Positions 1 to 15,397 of a stretch of DNA of 64,000 nt are shown in pieces. The stretch covers positions 145,769,741-145,833,740 of the forward strand of contig CM041465.1 in the NCBI GenBank assembly GCA_023213395.1, written 5' to 3'. The notes below the pieces were generated by a model. That model saw only the letters and a program-made list of their open reading frames with translations, did not search any database and was not told where the DNA came from. The position numbers were made by a program, and so were the translations under genes. How positions within the stretch are numbered: position 1 is the stretch's first letter; each line of letters opens with the position of its first letter. Origin of the DNA: Cycas panzhihuaensis (Eukaryota; Plantae; Cycadophyta).

Positions 1-1880
1 CCATAATCTGGTGCCTCCTCACTTCTGATGTATTACTTTTTGAAACCCATTTACGAGTCCTGCCTCCACCTTTTTCTACTTCACCTTTGGATCCTGCTCC
101 TCCTTCGGCTACAATACCAATCTGGCACGCCTCTTGGTTTAATTCTGTCAAGCCCCCATCCTCAGGCTCAGACAAGTAATCCTCTAAATCCCAGTTTATG
201 TTCTTGACAAGCCCAGCCAATGCCGGCTCGTCAGCATTGACAAGAGGATCTCCATCCCCACAGATTACGCGGGCTCCCAGATTGATCTTTATGTGCCTCA
301 GGAACCCGTCCCGAAACCGAGTCCGGGACTTGGGCCTGACAACCATCCAAACCAATACTAGAATCCTTTCTAGGCACAGGTGCCACCGGACTCTTACACC
401 CATCTACCAAACTAGCTAAGGGATAAGCCGGAGCAACTTTCGCCTCACCACCCAGAGACTGGCTCTTCACACTATTGGAAGGATCAAGAACATCGAGCAC
501 CTTACTAGATGTCTCAGTCCCTGCAACATCCTCCTCTCTAAAGACCTCCTTACCTGATCTTTCAGATTCCACTGCTCTTTCTCCATCGTTCTCCACCTTC
601 CCTAACACCTGATTGGCCTCCCTCTGAGGAACCCTTAGACATTGAAAGGGAAGGTGCCCCTTACTCTTACATTTAGCACACCTGAAGCCCTCCACTTCAT
701 AAAATAAACCTTGGATGATAGATCTACCATCCGACTCAATCTCTACCTTGGCTGGGAGTTCACTGTCTAACTTTGCCAGAATACAAAATCTGGCATTCAT
801 CAATCTGAATCTATGCATTGTAGCCGAACCCAAGGCTAAAAGTGGCCCAATCATTCTAGTCGCTTCTTTAACCGTCTCTGAGTTCCAGAAGTGCAAAGGG
901 AGCCTAGGAAGTTGAACCCACACCAGAGCTTGTTTAACCACAGGAGTACCCGGATCAAAGTCAGGATGCCATTTCTCCAGTGACATAGCCTTCCTTCCGA
1001 ATATCCAATGGGACTTTAGAAGGATGGGGATCATATCCTCTTGATTTGAAAATCTAAAGAGGACGTAGCCTTTGGGCATTGCCATGACTTGGACAGGGTT
1101 TCTGGTCTTCCACTTGTTTCTGATCCACTCTCTTATGATATCCAAACCTGGCTTAGGGCGAGAACTGCGCTTGCTATTCTCCCAGTACTGTATGGTTTTT
1201 TCGGTTACTTCTTTCGGTATCGAAATTTTATATCTGTTTCTAATTTTAACGGGGATAATATCTTGTTCTTCATAGTTTCCAGTTCTTAGAACATCCAGGT
1301 AAGTTCTCCCTGTGGGAGAGGACTAAGATCGATTACATGCATCATATGGACAGTAGGAAAAAGAACTTGCAAAAGCTGAAACAATTACAGAAACAACTAA
1401 AACTCACCACGAAGCGCAAGTCTGCACATTGCCATACCCTTTGTCTCTCAGCATTTTTGGATTGCCAGGCATATTTGCCTTTTGCTAAGTCTCTTGAAGC
1501 TGTGAAACCCTTGGTAAAACCACTGTCATAAGCCTAGAGCTCGCCAAATCCCTTAGAGAAAACCGTTCTCTCCAATCTTAATGCTATAGCACCACTGCAG
1601 TAGCCATATACCTCCTTCCCTTTTACTTCTATCCATGCCAGGTGATCTTTAAACCCCCACGTCATTCCCTCCGTACTCCGATTTGTGCGCCTTTCCACCT
1701 CGTAACCCCCACTAAGGTGCTCCTGTCTTACTTCTCTGCTGGCAGGCCTTGTAAAATCCTCACACCATCAAGCTAGCCCTACTGGGGGGACGCCCCCCCA
1801 CCTTCGACCTCGATTCCGTCTAACCCTAGCTGCCAAACTTGTGCAGAATACGCCTCTGTACTCGCTTCCAGAAATCGCAG
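1..1880 (-). mobile_element. L1-clade LINE, 5' part (5'UTR + ORF1); continues off the left edge
   Basis: ORF 231-1145(-) has plant LINE ORF1 DUF4283-like motifs (GYVLFRF, W..DFDP, VWVQLPRLPLHFW) and a zinc knuckle CAKCKSKGHLPFQC. Homologous to ORF1 of the LINEs at 25053-31202 and 48380-51808. 5' boundary approximate. Confidence 0.85.
231..1145 (-). pseudogene. LINE ORF1 (DUF4283/RRM-like + CCHC knuckle), disrupted
   Basis: ORF track translation; homology to the other ORF1 copies continues upstream (KYWEN..SSRPKPG) to about 1340. Confidence 0.8.
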
Positions 1881-2157
1881 CGTTGCAGCTCCACCCCTTT
1901 AAGTTTATGCATATAAACTTTACCTTAAATATATTATATATTTATTAGATATTCTCATCAAAATTAATAGATAGAATTGATTTATGACTTACTTTTCTAT
2001 AACTCATGATTAAGTTGAATAATATGCCAAAAAAACATTTTTCTTACCTTTTACATTGCTAATATTGGAAAACATCATTATTAAAGGCCAATTGAAATGT
2101 ATTAAATCAAGAAATAAATGACTTAATAAATAAATAAGGACTTAAACATAACAAATA

Positions 2158-5100
2158 TGTTAGGAATATGAAAGAACACGATTGAATTTCAACAATGAAA
2201 TGATAACAATGCCACAAGAGAAATTGCACAACGATTATAAAAGTAATCTTGTATTTGATCATAAGGAATAGAATGCCTCAATCTACTATCAATGCCTTAA
2301 TTAATCAATTTGATCAATTGAAGAGAGAAGGACCACTCCTTATTTTAATAAGAGTTTTGAGTAAGGAATAAAGTTATAAAAGTTGTAAAGTAGGAAAACA
2401 TCGTTATACACCTCATGCATCCTCTTACATATATGAGAGAAAATAAAAAATATAACTCTTTAAGAGAATTTACCTAATGTCATGTATTAATCAATTTAAG
2501 AAAAAGAATGAGAAATACATATTATTTTTAACACCCCCTCATAATGTATAGTTCATTATTTCTCATAAATAAGAGCCTTCTAAACCTCTTAAACTTCTAA
2601 CAACTCAAAGCCTTCATGGGAATATCAGCAAGTCGGTCCTTAATTCGGTAATACATTAACTCAACTGCTCTACTTTGCACTACTCCTAAATAAAATGATA
2701 ATATAATTCCACATGCTTTATTCTTGGATGGAAGACAAGATTCTTTAATAATTGGATTACACCCCGATTATTGCCAAATAATAATATAAGATCATCTTGT
2801 AAAAGTTCAAAGTGTCTAAGTAGTCTTTGTAGCCAAATTGCCTCACACGTAACTGCAACTACAACTTTGTACTCTGGTTTAGTAGAAGATAAGGAGATAG
2901 TTGTCTGCTTCTTCTACACTAAGAAATCATACCAAAAGTATATACAAATGCATATCCTAAAGTAGATCTCTAGTCATCAACATCTCTAGCCTAATCTAGG
3001 TCAATATAGCCTTACACTTTAAACTCATCAACTCTAGAAAATAAGAGTCTAACTCTCATAATACCCTTGGCATACCTCTATATATGCTTTTCTACCTTTT
3101 AATGAGAGATGGATGGAGCACTTATAATATAGGCTATAACACCAACAATGTAACTAATGTTAGTCCTAGTATTAATGAGGTAAATGAGGCTACCTACTAA
3201 CTACCTATACAAAGTACCATCAATAGTCTTATCGCCTATCTCTTTAATCAATTTGAGGCTAACTTCCATAGGGGCAACCATTAGCTTATAATTCTTTGTA
3301 TGGAAATATCTCAACAAACTATATGCATACTTAGGCTGGGATATAAAGATGTTATCACTATTATGCCAAAACCCCATACTAAGATAATAACATAGAATGA
3401 TAAGGTTAAATACCTCAAAGGCATCATAAAGATATCTCTTGAGATAGTTTGATCTATAAAGTGTTGTTTCCAATGATAATAAGATCATCTACAAAGAGAA
3501 TTATAATAAGTATCTTACCATCCTCATTTTTAATATACAAGTTATGATCTAATTTATACTTAGTGAATCAAAACGAAATAAAATACTCAAGAATCTATGA
3601 ATACCATGCCCTTGGTGCCTCCTTAAGCCCATATAAGGCTTTCTTTAACTTGCATATATAAAGCCTTTGATCTATTACATATAACCCTCCTCATCAAGAA
3701 TGCCATAAACAAAAGCACTCTTAACATCCATTTAGTAAAGCTTTCAACCAAAATAAGATGTAAGATTAACTAACATTTGAATGGTAGTCATTTTGTCTAT
3801 AGATGCAAATGTCTCCTTAAAGTCCACACCTTTAGTCTTTACATACCCTTTAGCCACAATTCAAGCCTTGTATCAGTCAATGTCATTATTAGATTGATAC
3901 TTCACCTCATATACCCATTTGTAGATAATGGCTTTCTTTCCTAAAAAAAGCTTAATAAGATCCCATGTGTTATTCCTCATAATGGAGTCATACTCCTCAT
4001 GCATAATTATCTTATACTAGGGTGCATCCTTGGATTCAACAAATGACTCTAGCTCACTAACATTCAGAGCATTAGACACTAAGGTAAAATTAACCTTGCT
4101 TCATGTCTAAACGACTGCACTAGTATCAATGTCGCTGACATTGGAACCTTTTATGGTCTAAATATACCACTTAGGTAACTTTTAATGAGGGGTAGAGGAA
4201 GAAGGAATATTTGTAAGAGTTTTTTTACTTTCTTCACTCTATTTTTCAATCTCATCCTTCTCTTCCTTGCTTTTGTCATCAACATTTACAATTAGAATTA
4301 TTCCCTCATCAAACTCATGAAAAAGGACATCCTTACTAATTATAATTTTCCTATCTAATGAATTACAAAGTTTATATACCTTGGATGATTTATTATACCC
4401 TATAAGAATATATTTATGACCTCTTTCATCAAGCTTTTATCTCATTATATCAGGTACGTGAATAAAAGTAGTATAACCAAAGACTAGAAGATTATAAATA
4501 GAAGGTTTCCTTCCCAACCAAGCCTCTTCAAAAGTTATATGCTAAATAGCTACAATTGAACTTTTGTTCAAAATATACATAACTATATTCATAGCTTTAA
4601 CCCAAAAACCATAAAAGACATTCTTAGCTTTAAGCATATGCCTAGCCATCTTTACAATGGTGTGATGATTCCTCTCAACCATGCCATTCTTCTATGGTGT
4701 ATAAGATGTAATCATCTACTACATGCATGATTCTTGTAGAAAGTAGTGAACTTAAATGACAAGTACTTACCTTTGTGGTCACTCATCAAAATATTGATCT
4801 TCTTCTTAAAGACGTTTTTTGCTTTGGCTTTAAATTTCTTGAATTTTGTAAATATATCTAACTTATTTTTTAAAAGGCACACCCAAGTCCTCCTGGTCAA
4901 GTTCTTAATGAAGGTTATGAAGTATTTAGCTCCTTTAAGTAAGATTGGTGTGATTGGTCCACATAAGTAAGAATGAACCAATTCTAATTTATCCTTAGCC
5001 CACCAAGTATACTTAAATTTTTCTCTATATTATTTTCTTAAAGTATATGCACTACAAATTTTATTATCTTTTTATACAAGGGGGAGATCATTCACCATTT

Positions 5101-7637
5101 ATAACTTATTCAACAACTGAAGACTATGGTAATTTAAATGACTATAGTGGTCATGCTATAATATATTGGATGAAGTTGCTACAATACTATGCTTAAGCAA
5201 GCTAGAGAATTTATAGAGACCCTTTTTTTTTTACTCCTTTAGCTATTATAAAATTACCATCCTTAATGACACATTTGACTATATCAAACACAGCCTCCAA
5301 GTGAAGCTTAGTCACACAACTTACAAAGAGCAAGTTGTGCTTAAAAGAAGGTAGACACAATACATTAGAGATCTTAATTTTATGACTAGACTAATTAAGA
5401 ACAATTGAAACCTTACCAATAGCTTCATGTTGACTGTTGTCATCCATAACTATTGTCTAATTACATCCATATTTGAGTTTATTAAGCCACTCTTTATGAA
5501 AAGTAATGTGGTTTGAGTCATTTGAGTCAATGTATCAAGTACCATTAATACCAAAAATAACATTGAACACAAAGACCTTTTCATCATCAATAAAAATAGT
5601 AGTTTTTCCAACTTTCTTATTATATACTTTCTTCTTCTAATAGTTCTTCCCAAGGTGACCTATCTTATTATAATATGAACACATAATATCCTTTTTCATC
5701 ATATTATAGGAGTCACTTATGCTATGAGAAAGAGGTGGAATGTGTTTAGGAGTATTAATTTAGAGGTTCCTTTTAAATTGGGATGCCAAAGCCATGTCAT
5801 TGTTGCTACTAATATATCCTACTATATGTTACTCCTCATATAAGAGAAGTCCAACAAGCTCCTAAAAAGTAGGCAATTAAGCTCACTCAATAAGATACAA
5901 GTTAGTAACATAGATATGGAAGCCTTCATGTAGGCTATTAAGAGTAATACTCACAAGCTCCTTATCTTGAACTTTTTCTCCTATTAAAATCAATTGATCT
6001 CTAAAATTTTAATAAGTGTAGGGAGACAAAGCCATCAAAAGTCACCTTATAAGAATAAAGTAAGTTTGTAAAGTCCAATACTCTAGTTTCATTCCTTGCT
6101 TTATATATCTCTTGGACTGTCTACCATGCATCTTTCAAAGAGATCTTTCCTTGAAGATTAGTATCCAATCCAATGCTTATCTATTGCAATCTTCCTAGTC
6201 TTTAACATCTTTGGTAGTTACAGTTGGAGTAGTGCTAATTATGGTTAAAGTGGAGGCAATAATAGGCTTCCAACCCTTTCCCTTCAACAATCTTCATTAA
6301 CTTTTTAAGTGCGAAAATGATGAAAATTTTAAATTTTTAGATTTCATAGTTCTTACATTTAACTTATGAGCATTCAATAAGACATAATCAATAATACTTA
6401 CACTAAACACGGTGAGAAAAATACAATAAATCCAAGACCACATGTATGAATTTATTAAGAGGCTAAGTGGATGCAAGCTTAGATTATAATTTTGGACTTA
6501 TAAAGTGAAACTACAATAAAAAATATAATGGTAGCAATTAAATTCTCTGAAAATGAACACCTTATCACTGAGTTATGGCTCTTAGCTATTATTTAGGTCT
6601 AAGTCCCCTCACCATGTAACTAGCGACCAAAAAAACTTAAGTTACAAACTTCACATAAATTATAAATCACTTTAATTTAATCACATAATAAGAAAAAAAA
6701 ATCATAAAGTGATTTTGTAAGCATGCATTACGATGTTTACGAATTTCCAAATCATCTAATGCAAAAAAATCACTTGTGCACACTTGCAAGGCTTTAATTT
6801 ATCAATTCAAGCAAATCTAAGGAGTTAGAATAGATAAACGTCAACATGATTTATGCATTAGTAGCGAAAAACAAAGAAGAAACTCCTTAATTTTTATAAA
6901 TTTTAAGTGGTAAATGGGATTTAAGAGGCTATCTACTTGTTTGATGTTTTAATCCAAATTCATAACAAAATAACTCATTTAAAGGGTAGAAATTAGTATT
7001 AAATGGTCCTTAGATATGTTGGTAGTAATCCCATGAGCAAGAAATATGCAAAAATAAGGTATTTTGAGTGCCCAATACTACCAAAATTGCCCCTGCAATG
7101 AAAATAATCCAGTTTCACTAATAAAAATTCTCACGGGTTCATTTAGAAATTACAAGAATCAATAATAAAGCTTTGTACTACAATAATAATACATTAATAA
7201 ACCAAAATATATGTAAAAACTTAGAAAGTTTCCATGTAATAAACCATGGACTTTGATGCCATGTTAGATACATAAAAGAACTAGACTGAATTTCAACAAT
7301 GGACTAAGAGTAATGACATAAGAGAAATTACATAAGGATTACAAGAAATAATTTTGCATTATATCATAAAGAGTATAATGGCTCAAACTACTCTTAATGC
7401 CTCAATCAATCAATTTGATTAATTGAAGAGAGCAAAACAACCTCTCATTTTAATGAGAGTATATAGCAAACAATAAAGTTGTAAAAGTTATGAAGCAAAG
7501 AAACATCATGGTACACCTCATGTATGCTCTTGTATGTATGCGAGAAAAATAGAAATATAACACTCGATAGAATCTGCCTAATGTGCCATATTAATGAACT
7601 CGAGAAAAAGAATGAGAAATACACATTATTTTTAATA
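2158..7637 (-). mobile_element. Decayed full-length Ty1/copia LTR retrotransposon
   Basis: LTRs 2158-2533 and 7262-7637 (TGTTAG...TTTTAACA/TA). PBS-like TGGCATCAAAG on - strand next to 7262; PPT (CCCCC on +) at 2534-2538; TSD AAATA/AGATA. Integrase remnant VHSYLCGP...KYFITFI and RT remnants (SQPKYA). Confidence 0.9.
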
Positions 7638-7711
7638 AGATATAATTGACTTGAAGATAGTGTCACATAAATATAAATAATTAATACTTAAAAGTGGGTC
7701 TAAAAGTGATA

Positions 7712-7860
7712 ATCTAACTCTTATAGGATTGAGAATGAAAAACAAAAAAAAAAGGGCAAGTATAGAACCTAGTTCTTTTATTCTTTATAAGTTGTGCATA
7801 AAAATTTTAAAAAATTATTTGCTTTTTATTTATATTTTATGTGATTCTTGTGTATATCTT
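7712..7860 (+). repeat. ~145-bp flank duplicated on both sides of the gypsy element (partner 15058-15201; third copy ~16597-16745)
   Basis: Shared CTCTTATA.GA...GTATAGAACCTAGTTCTTTTATTCTTTATAAGTTGTGCATAAA...ATATCTT. Confidence 0.85.
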
Positions 7861-10800
7861 ACCACTCATCATTAGGCAGAAATGGTTAAGCTAACACTTT
7901 GTTAAGGAGACTTGGATGGTTAGTGTTGACCATTAACCTTTGTATGTAAATCACTTATATCCGCTAATAAAAATTAGGGTCGTTTCTCCTGCCAATTATA
8001 TCTTATGCAAAGGGGCCTCTCTTGCTTATTTAAGGCTAATTTATTATAAAGGGTGGTTGTTGAGTTTTGTTATTTTTTTAAGGGTTATACGTTGGCACCT
8101 CCTTTTGGTGATCTTTTATGCTCTTTTAGTGAACTCGTGAGCTCTTCCTTATAATTAATCTTCCAAGTTATAATAAAGTATCATAATATTATCCAATAGT
8201 TATGTGTGTATACTTAAGTTAGAGAATTATTAGAGAAAGTTCATTCTAAATGGTATCAAAGTAAGGTGTCGAATCTAGTTGAAGTAGCCAGCAGATCGAG
8301 GGAGAAGAAGAAAAAAGAAAAGTTTACTTTCCCTTTGTGCATCTCTCAAAACCTTTCCTTTTGTTGTCAATTTTATTTATTATATTTGGTTTTGCTCTTA
8401 AGTGGTTAGTTGCAAGCGAGTAACAAGAGTCAAGTTCCACATATCCCTTCCTCTAATAGCTAGATAGAGACCTTGTGTTGGTCTTTAAGAATCATAGGGA
8501 TTTATCGTTTTAGGCTAAGCATATGTGGGCATTTACCTTTATATTAAGTGAAGTAAATCACATTGCTTACACTAGTATTAGATAGAACTGGAGTATGAAA
8601 TTGAGCCTCCACATACCTTTGAGTATATTCGAGGACCCTTATAGGTTACCTTGCCTTACCTAGAATAAGAAAAATTATCGACCATCTATCCTCTACAGTA
8701 CACCAGTTATTAGTTAGTACTATAAAGTTACTCTTCATGAATACTCCAATGCAACTATCATGACTATGGGTATGGATTTTCCTCTATAGTGGGTACCCTA
8801 AGAGATTGGACCAAGTAGTAGTAACAACTAGGAAGTATATCGAGGGGTATGTAAAACTAGGTATATCGTATTTCTTAAGTCCTAGGTACTTTTATATTCC
8901 CACAATAAGAAAACTATCCAAAGAAGAGGATTACACAAATAATAAAAAAATAAATTCTTTTAAAGTAATTTAATAATATTGTACTTTTGTAAGATAAGTA
9001 AGATAAATTATGAGGAGAATACCAAAGCTACATTATTTGCATAATAATAGTGCTAACCTATATTACAGACATAGCAACACAATTATTCTGACTTATAATA
9101 TAGAGATAACATCAAAATATAAAAAAATTTCCTATCTAAACCTTCAACCTAAATTTTGATCCCCACACCTAGTCTCCATTTAGAGTTTGCCCTCTAAAAA
9201 AGGGGGGGTGGGGGGAGGAGAAAAAGAGTTCGTAGGGTCACTTTCACAAATACTTCTCTAATTCAAATGGAACTTGTACTAATAAACTCAAGAATAAAAA
9301 AAAAAAAAAGTCCATGGCTATAAAATTACCTTATAAATTCATAGGTATTATTTTGATTAGCATGTCACACTAGTCATTTTTCACTAGGATAATTTTAACA
9401 ATCAATTTCAAGGTATAACAACATATAGGCATCCCATAAGCCCTACTGCCTAACTTTTGCCCTTAAATCTCACCTATACCATTTCAACAAGCTCTTTGTA
9501 CTTCTCTCAGTACTTTAGGTGACATTATTATGTATTTTTGGGGGTCATCGGGCTATAAACATCCCCCCTCTTTCTTTTTTTCCCTACCCATTTGTATTAA
9601 TTCTCAACTCCTTAATATTTCATTTTATTTGTCTTTTCTCCTCTCTTCGTGAATACCTTTCTTCTTACTTATCCCCTTTCTTGTAATCCCTTTCCTTTAG
9701 TCATTATATAGGATTCTACATCTATGGCACCTACACAAGAAGAGTGCATTCAAACACTAGAAGTCAAACTCCAAGAAATATTTAGCAATATCAACATATT
9801 AAACAAGGGGCTAATTAGTTTAGATTAGTAAGTCAAGGATTGCAACTAGAAGCAAGACTCGTTTGAATAAAAATAGGTCTCTCTTGATTAAAAGTTAAAT
9901 ATAATGTTTCAATGGATGTAATCAATTTCTCGCACATCACCCACATGTCTATCTGCCTCTAATAACTTAGGACTATCACCAACATTTACTCCATGTCAAA
10001 CACAAACCTATCATAAGATCACCATACCATCCTTTAACCTTTATCTTAATAGGGATTTTTCTTGAAGTTGGATTGCCAAATTAGAGTTATATTTTGCCTT
10101 GAATATTATATCCATCACAGAATAATTAATATTTACTTCAATCCACTTAGAGAGGAAAGCTGATTATTGGTTCTAATGGTGGAGTCGAGAAAATCTAATA
10201 AACTAAACATGCAACCTCTTCTCTAAGAGTTTTTTTTAATAATACAGTGATACATGGAATCACTCTTTCTTCAACTAAATCATGAGACTTAAGTATATAA
10301 CTCTAGTATAGGCATACACTTATGAGTTTCAAGTATTATAGAACTAAGTCTCTCAACCACTTGATGTCAGAACTCTCATTGATATTTATACTTTTGATCT
10401 CAAGGAGCTTATTTAAATGTGCTTAAAAGTTACTATCTTGTATTCCTTAAAGGTTGCCATCTCCATAACAAGGGCTATTGAAGTAGAATTTGTGGCAGAA
10501 AGTTCATCCACTTTCAAGAGAAACTCATCATGGTACTAGCATCCCTGTCAATTTGACTAGCAACATCAACATCCTGAACTAAACAAACATTAATGACCAA
10601 CACTAAACTCCTCTCCAAGTCTAGTTTACATTCCATCTATGGAAGATGATCATTGATTTAAGGTTGGCTTCTATGTTAAGTACTTAGAAAAGTATATTTC
10701 TAGTCACACAAAGGTGTGTAAGGTAAGGTGCATGATTTTTACCATTGATCATAATATTAACGAGGATTCTAAAGTTGAAACAAAACTAGAACTTGAGGAT

Positions 10801-13800
10801 GAACCCCCTTAAGAATCTCCCTTACCTAATTCCTAACCTAATGTATCCCTATCAATAATTTCTTCATCATCCTGCCTAAGCCACGTTGTATAAAAAGCAC
10901 CTTTTGAAAGACACCCATGTCAATATTAATTAATAGTGGTATATCATTAAATTTCATAGACATATCCCTAGCTCGATAATTAAACTTGTATATTATCTCA
11001 AAAATGAGATTCACCTACTCCTTGCCTGATCATCAAACCTTACACTATGTAGGTGTTATAAAAAACCTTCATCTTCAAATTAGTACCTATTGTCTTATAT
11101 TTGAATTTTATGCCCTATTTATAAAAGGATCTAACACCATACATAAAGTCCATTAGCTTCAAATATTGGGCACTTATAGCACAAATAATTCTCTTACCAA
11201 CCCGTTCATCTTATTTAAGGATCAGATGGGCCAAATGCATAAATTACATGGGATCCAATCACCTCACAATCAACTTGTATCACCTAATCAAATGCATAAG
11301 CATTAAAATAATGGTGCTGGCTACATCGTCTGTATTAATAATATTCAACCTTCTATAAATATTCATCCTCTTATATAAACTCTCCTCAATAAATATTAAT
11401 TTGTATTTACCTCTCATCTAACCACTACCCCACTAGACCATAGGTATTACCAAGTGATCAGACTAAATTCACCACATGATCCTATTAGCCTTTAACTTTA
11501 CATAAATTTATATTTTTAAACGAATAAAATTTAGAAGATAATAAACAAATTAATAGATACGAGCATCATTCAACCTAGTAAAAGCATGTATGTCACACCA
11601 ATTATCTTGGTATGAAAAAAGGATAAATTCTTTTAACTTTATGTCGACTATTGGGAACTTAATAAAATCATAATAATAATAAAAATTCCACACCCTAAAT
11701 AAAAAATATACTAGATGAAATACATGGGACAACAATATTCTCTAAATTAGATCTTTAATTTGGATATTATTAAATTCCTATTACCTTAAAAAACCATCCC
11801 AAAATTTTCTTTAGAATATATCATGGGTACTTTAAATTTCAAGTTATGCCTTCTAGCCTTTGCATTGCCCTGGTAACATTCCAAGTACTAATGAATAAAA
11901 TCTTTATCACTTATCTTTATAAATTTGTCATTCATTTTTTTCTGACATCCTTATTTACCATCAAAATTTAGATGATCATCTTCAACATCTGGAAATAATA
12001 TTATGAATCCTTACCCAATACCAATTATATGCTAAATTTCCTAAATATTAATTTGAAAAAAGTGAGTTACAATATCTTAGATATATTATTTCATCCAAAG
12101 GAGTCTAAGTTGATCTACACAAAATTTTCATTATTACCATATGGCCTATGCCTAAAACCCTTACTTAGTTGCAAACTTTCTTAGGACTCACAGTCTTTTA
12201 TAGAGAGTTTATTCATAGTTATGCCTTGTTGGCAGCCCCACTCACAAATTTACTATAAAAAGAGGTGTGTGAGCAGTTGCTAAAGGTAGTACAAGCTTTC
12301 AATAACCTTAAAACCATTATGACATCCACCCTTGTTCTCACCACCCCATACTTCTCTTAGCCCTTCTAATTATAATGTGATGCATTAGGATTTGACATAG
12401 GTGTTATTCTCATGCAAAATTTCCACCTAATAACATTAAAAATTTGCAAACTTAAAGATCATGAATGTCATTTGTTGACTTATTAAAAATAAATAAGAGT
12501 TATTTTGCATGTTATTGATAAGTGGTATCAATACATTTTGGGTTGTTGATTTACTATCTTAACAAACCACCATAGCTTATATCACCTCCTAGATCAACCA
12601 GTCCTATTAGAAGAGTGAGCTAAATGGATTAACCATTTATAAGCATTTGATTTTTTGATTGAGTAAAAAAAAGATAAGGAAAACATAATTATCGATTCCC
12701 TTTCCCATATTCCCATCAAGTCCCTCACTAATGAACCCCCATAGTGTCCCCCACCAATGTATCCAGTATTTATACCATTTTCAAACCCCAATTGTTATGG
12801 TTAGTAGACTTGGAATCAAAATATCTCTCTCATTGAGAGTTTAATAAGTGGGCATCTAAAGTTCATACCCACAAAGATTGATCTTTCCATAATTCCTAAC
12901 ATTTATACCAAATTTTGATTTTTATTCACCCCATCTCATCATTCATCTCTTGAATTTTAATCGAATACCATTCCACTCTCCATGATGATCATTTAGGTTT
13001 TGACAAAACATATAGACGAATTCAATTTCACTTCTACTAGCCTAATATAAAATCTTCCATCTTCTTATTTATCTTTAAATGCAATACTGACTAGAGGAAT
13101 AAGATCAATACAAAAGCTTAACCTGGCCTCCTCTAACCTTTGAATATACCTTAGGGTAAATGATAGGATATTATTATGGATTTCATCGTTGGGTTCCCAT
13201 TATCTATCGAGTTCGACTCGATATTGGTTATTATTGATGGACTTACCAAGTACACACATTTCTTAGACATTTACACCTCATATAAAGCTTCCCACCTGGT
13301 TGATCTTTACAACCATTCAATTTTCCATCTCCACATCTTTCTATCATCAATAGTTTGTGATCAAGATCTAAAATTCATGAGTACATTTTGGGAAGAACTC
13401 TTTCAAGCCTTTAGGACCTTATTTAACATGAGCTCATCTTACCATCTACAAGCTGATAGTTAAAATAAAGTTCTTAATAAGACCTTAGAAATATATTTAC
13501 GATGCTTTATATTAAAACATCAACATAAATGGACTTTATGGCTGCCTCTGGCAAAATATTGGTACAACTATTCACACTATTCAATGATTGGCATGTCCCC
13601 CTTCATAGCCCTCTATGGATATATGCCCCTACCTCACCACACTTTTGCCATCAATCTTCGTACTATTGCAATCCAACAAAAATTCTAAGACATGGAGTAT
13701 ATTTTACATACACTTAAATATAACTTTGCAACAACCTAAAATCACATAAAACAACCCACTGACTATTGTTGTTTTGATTAATCATTTGATGTAGATGATT

Positions 13801-15057
13801 TCATATTCCCTTGACTTCAACTGTATAAGTGACAGTCTGTCAAATATCATAAAAGCTGAAAGTTAAGCCCATATTATTATGGCCCCTATAAGGTTCTTCA
13901 ACAAATTAGTAAAGTTGCATATACACTCAAACTTCCTCCCCATATGTTATATAACATTCCAAGGTTAGTGACACAAGAGCATACGATCGTATGGAGAAGG
14001 TTAAGGCCAAACCACAACTGCATGATTAAGGAAGAGAAGGTTAAAGATAATTATTAATCTGTATACACCAACCACATACCTCCACTAATGGGATTGGAGG
14101 GCCCATGGGGCTGCCGATAGGATATTAGAGTTAGTAGACATTTTTGCCTATATAAGGCCAAATAATTGTAAAATGAACACTTATGCTATCTTATTGTCTT
14201 TTGAGATTATATGCAAGCACATTTCTATTTTGGGTGATCATTACATTTTCTTACCTTCTATTAATATAATTGTTCTTTTGAAATTATAATTAAAGGATAT
14301 TTTGAGCTCTTAAATATTTCCTAAGGTGTTCTTAAGCGTAACTTATGGATTTGGAATGCTCCATCATACCAAAATCTACAATGTATTCCATATCTCATGC
14401 CTTGAGAAAACCGTTGACAAGAATATAATACCTTAATCTACCTTATTAGTTTTGGATGAAGAGCAACATCTTATTACTTTACTTGACTATCTTCTTGCTA
14501 GCTACCAATGCCACCTTTAAAATAAGACCATTTATGAGTACTTGGTATAGTGAACTAGTTGCCAACTAATTGAAGATGCATAAGAATTCGCTGGATTCGT
14601 TAAGTAACATCTTCATCTTCTTCTTAGCTTTGAGGATTCAACATCTGAAGGCTGGGGGGGGAAGGGGGACCTATTGCACAACCACTCATCACTAGGCAAA
14701 AATGGTTAAGTTGACACTTTACTAAAGAGACTTGGATGGTTAATGTTAACCATTAACCTTTGTGTGCAGGTCGCTTATGTTCGTCAATAAAAATTAAGGC
14801 CATTTCTCCTACCAATTATATCTTGTGCAAAGTGGCCTCTATTACCTATTTAAGGCTAACTTATTATAAAGGGTGGTTGTTGAGTCTTATTTTATTTTTG
14901 GAGGTTATACTTTGATACCCCCTTTTAGTGATCTTTTGTGAACTTGTGAGCTCTTCCTTGTAATTCATCTTCCAAGTTATAATAAAGTGTTATAATATTG
15001 TCCAATATTTGTATTTCTATGCTTAGGTTGGAGAATTATAAGAGAAATTTCATTCTA
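7861..15057 (+). mobile_element. Decayed Ty3/gypsy chromovirus-type LTR retrotransposon
   Basis: LTRs 7861-8248 and 14672-15057; PBS TGGTATCAAAG at 8251; PPT GGGGGGGGAAGGGGGA at ~14654-14669. Gag start ~9724; RNaseH remnant CDALGFDIGVILMQ; integrase MDFIVGFP (13176); YYGPYKV; chromodomain-like YEYLV*W near 14535. Confidence 0.88.
13945..14363. mobile_element. Solo LTR inserted in the gypsy integrase C-terminal region
   Basis: TG...CA termini, TSD CCATA/TCATA, internal TATATAA. Excision restores the host frame LPPH-TKIYNVFHIS. Confidence 0.75.
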
Positions 15058-15363
15058 ATTTATCTCTTATAAGACTCATAATGAAAAGGAAAAAAAAAAG
15101 GTATAGAACCTAGTTCTTTTATTCTTTATAAGTTGTGCATAAACTTTTAAAAAAAATATTTACTTTTCATTCGTCTTTTATATGATTATTGCATATATCT
15201 TGCCAAAGATATTTTATAAAAACGGTTTGTGCCAAATGGTGTTCTACATATAAGATGACTGTATATAAAATAAATCTCTTTATATATGCAATTTATGTAC
15301 AAATTACATGTTTGCATACAAAATATGTGCTTTTCTATACAAAGACCATACATATAAAAAAAA

Positions 15364-15397
<34 letters not shown>

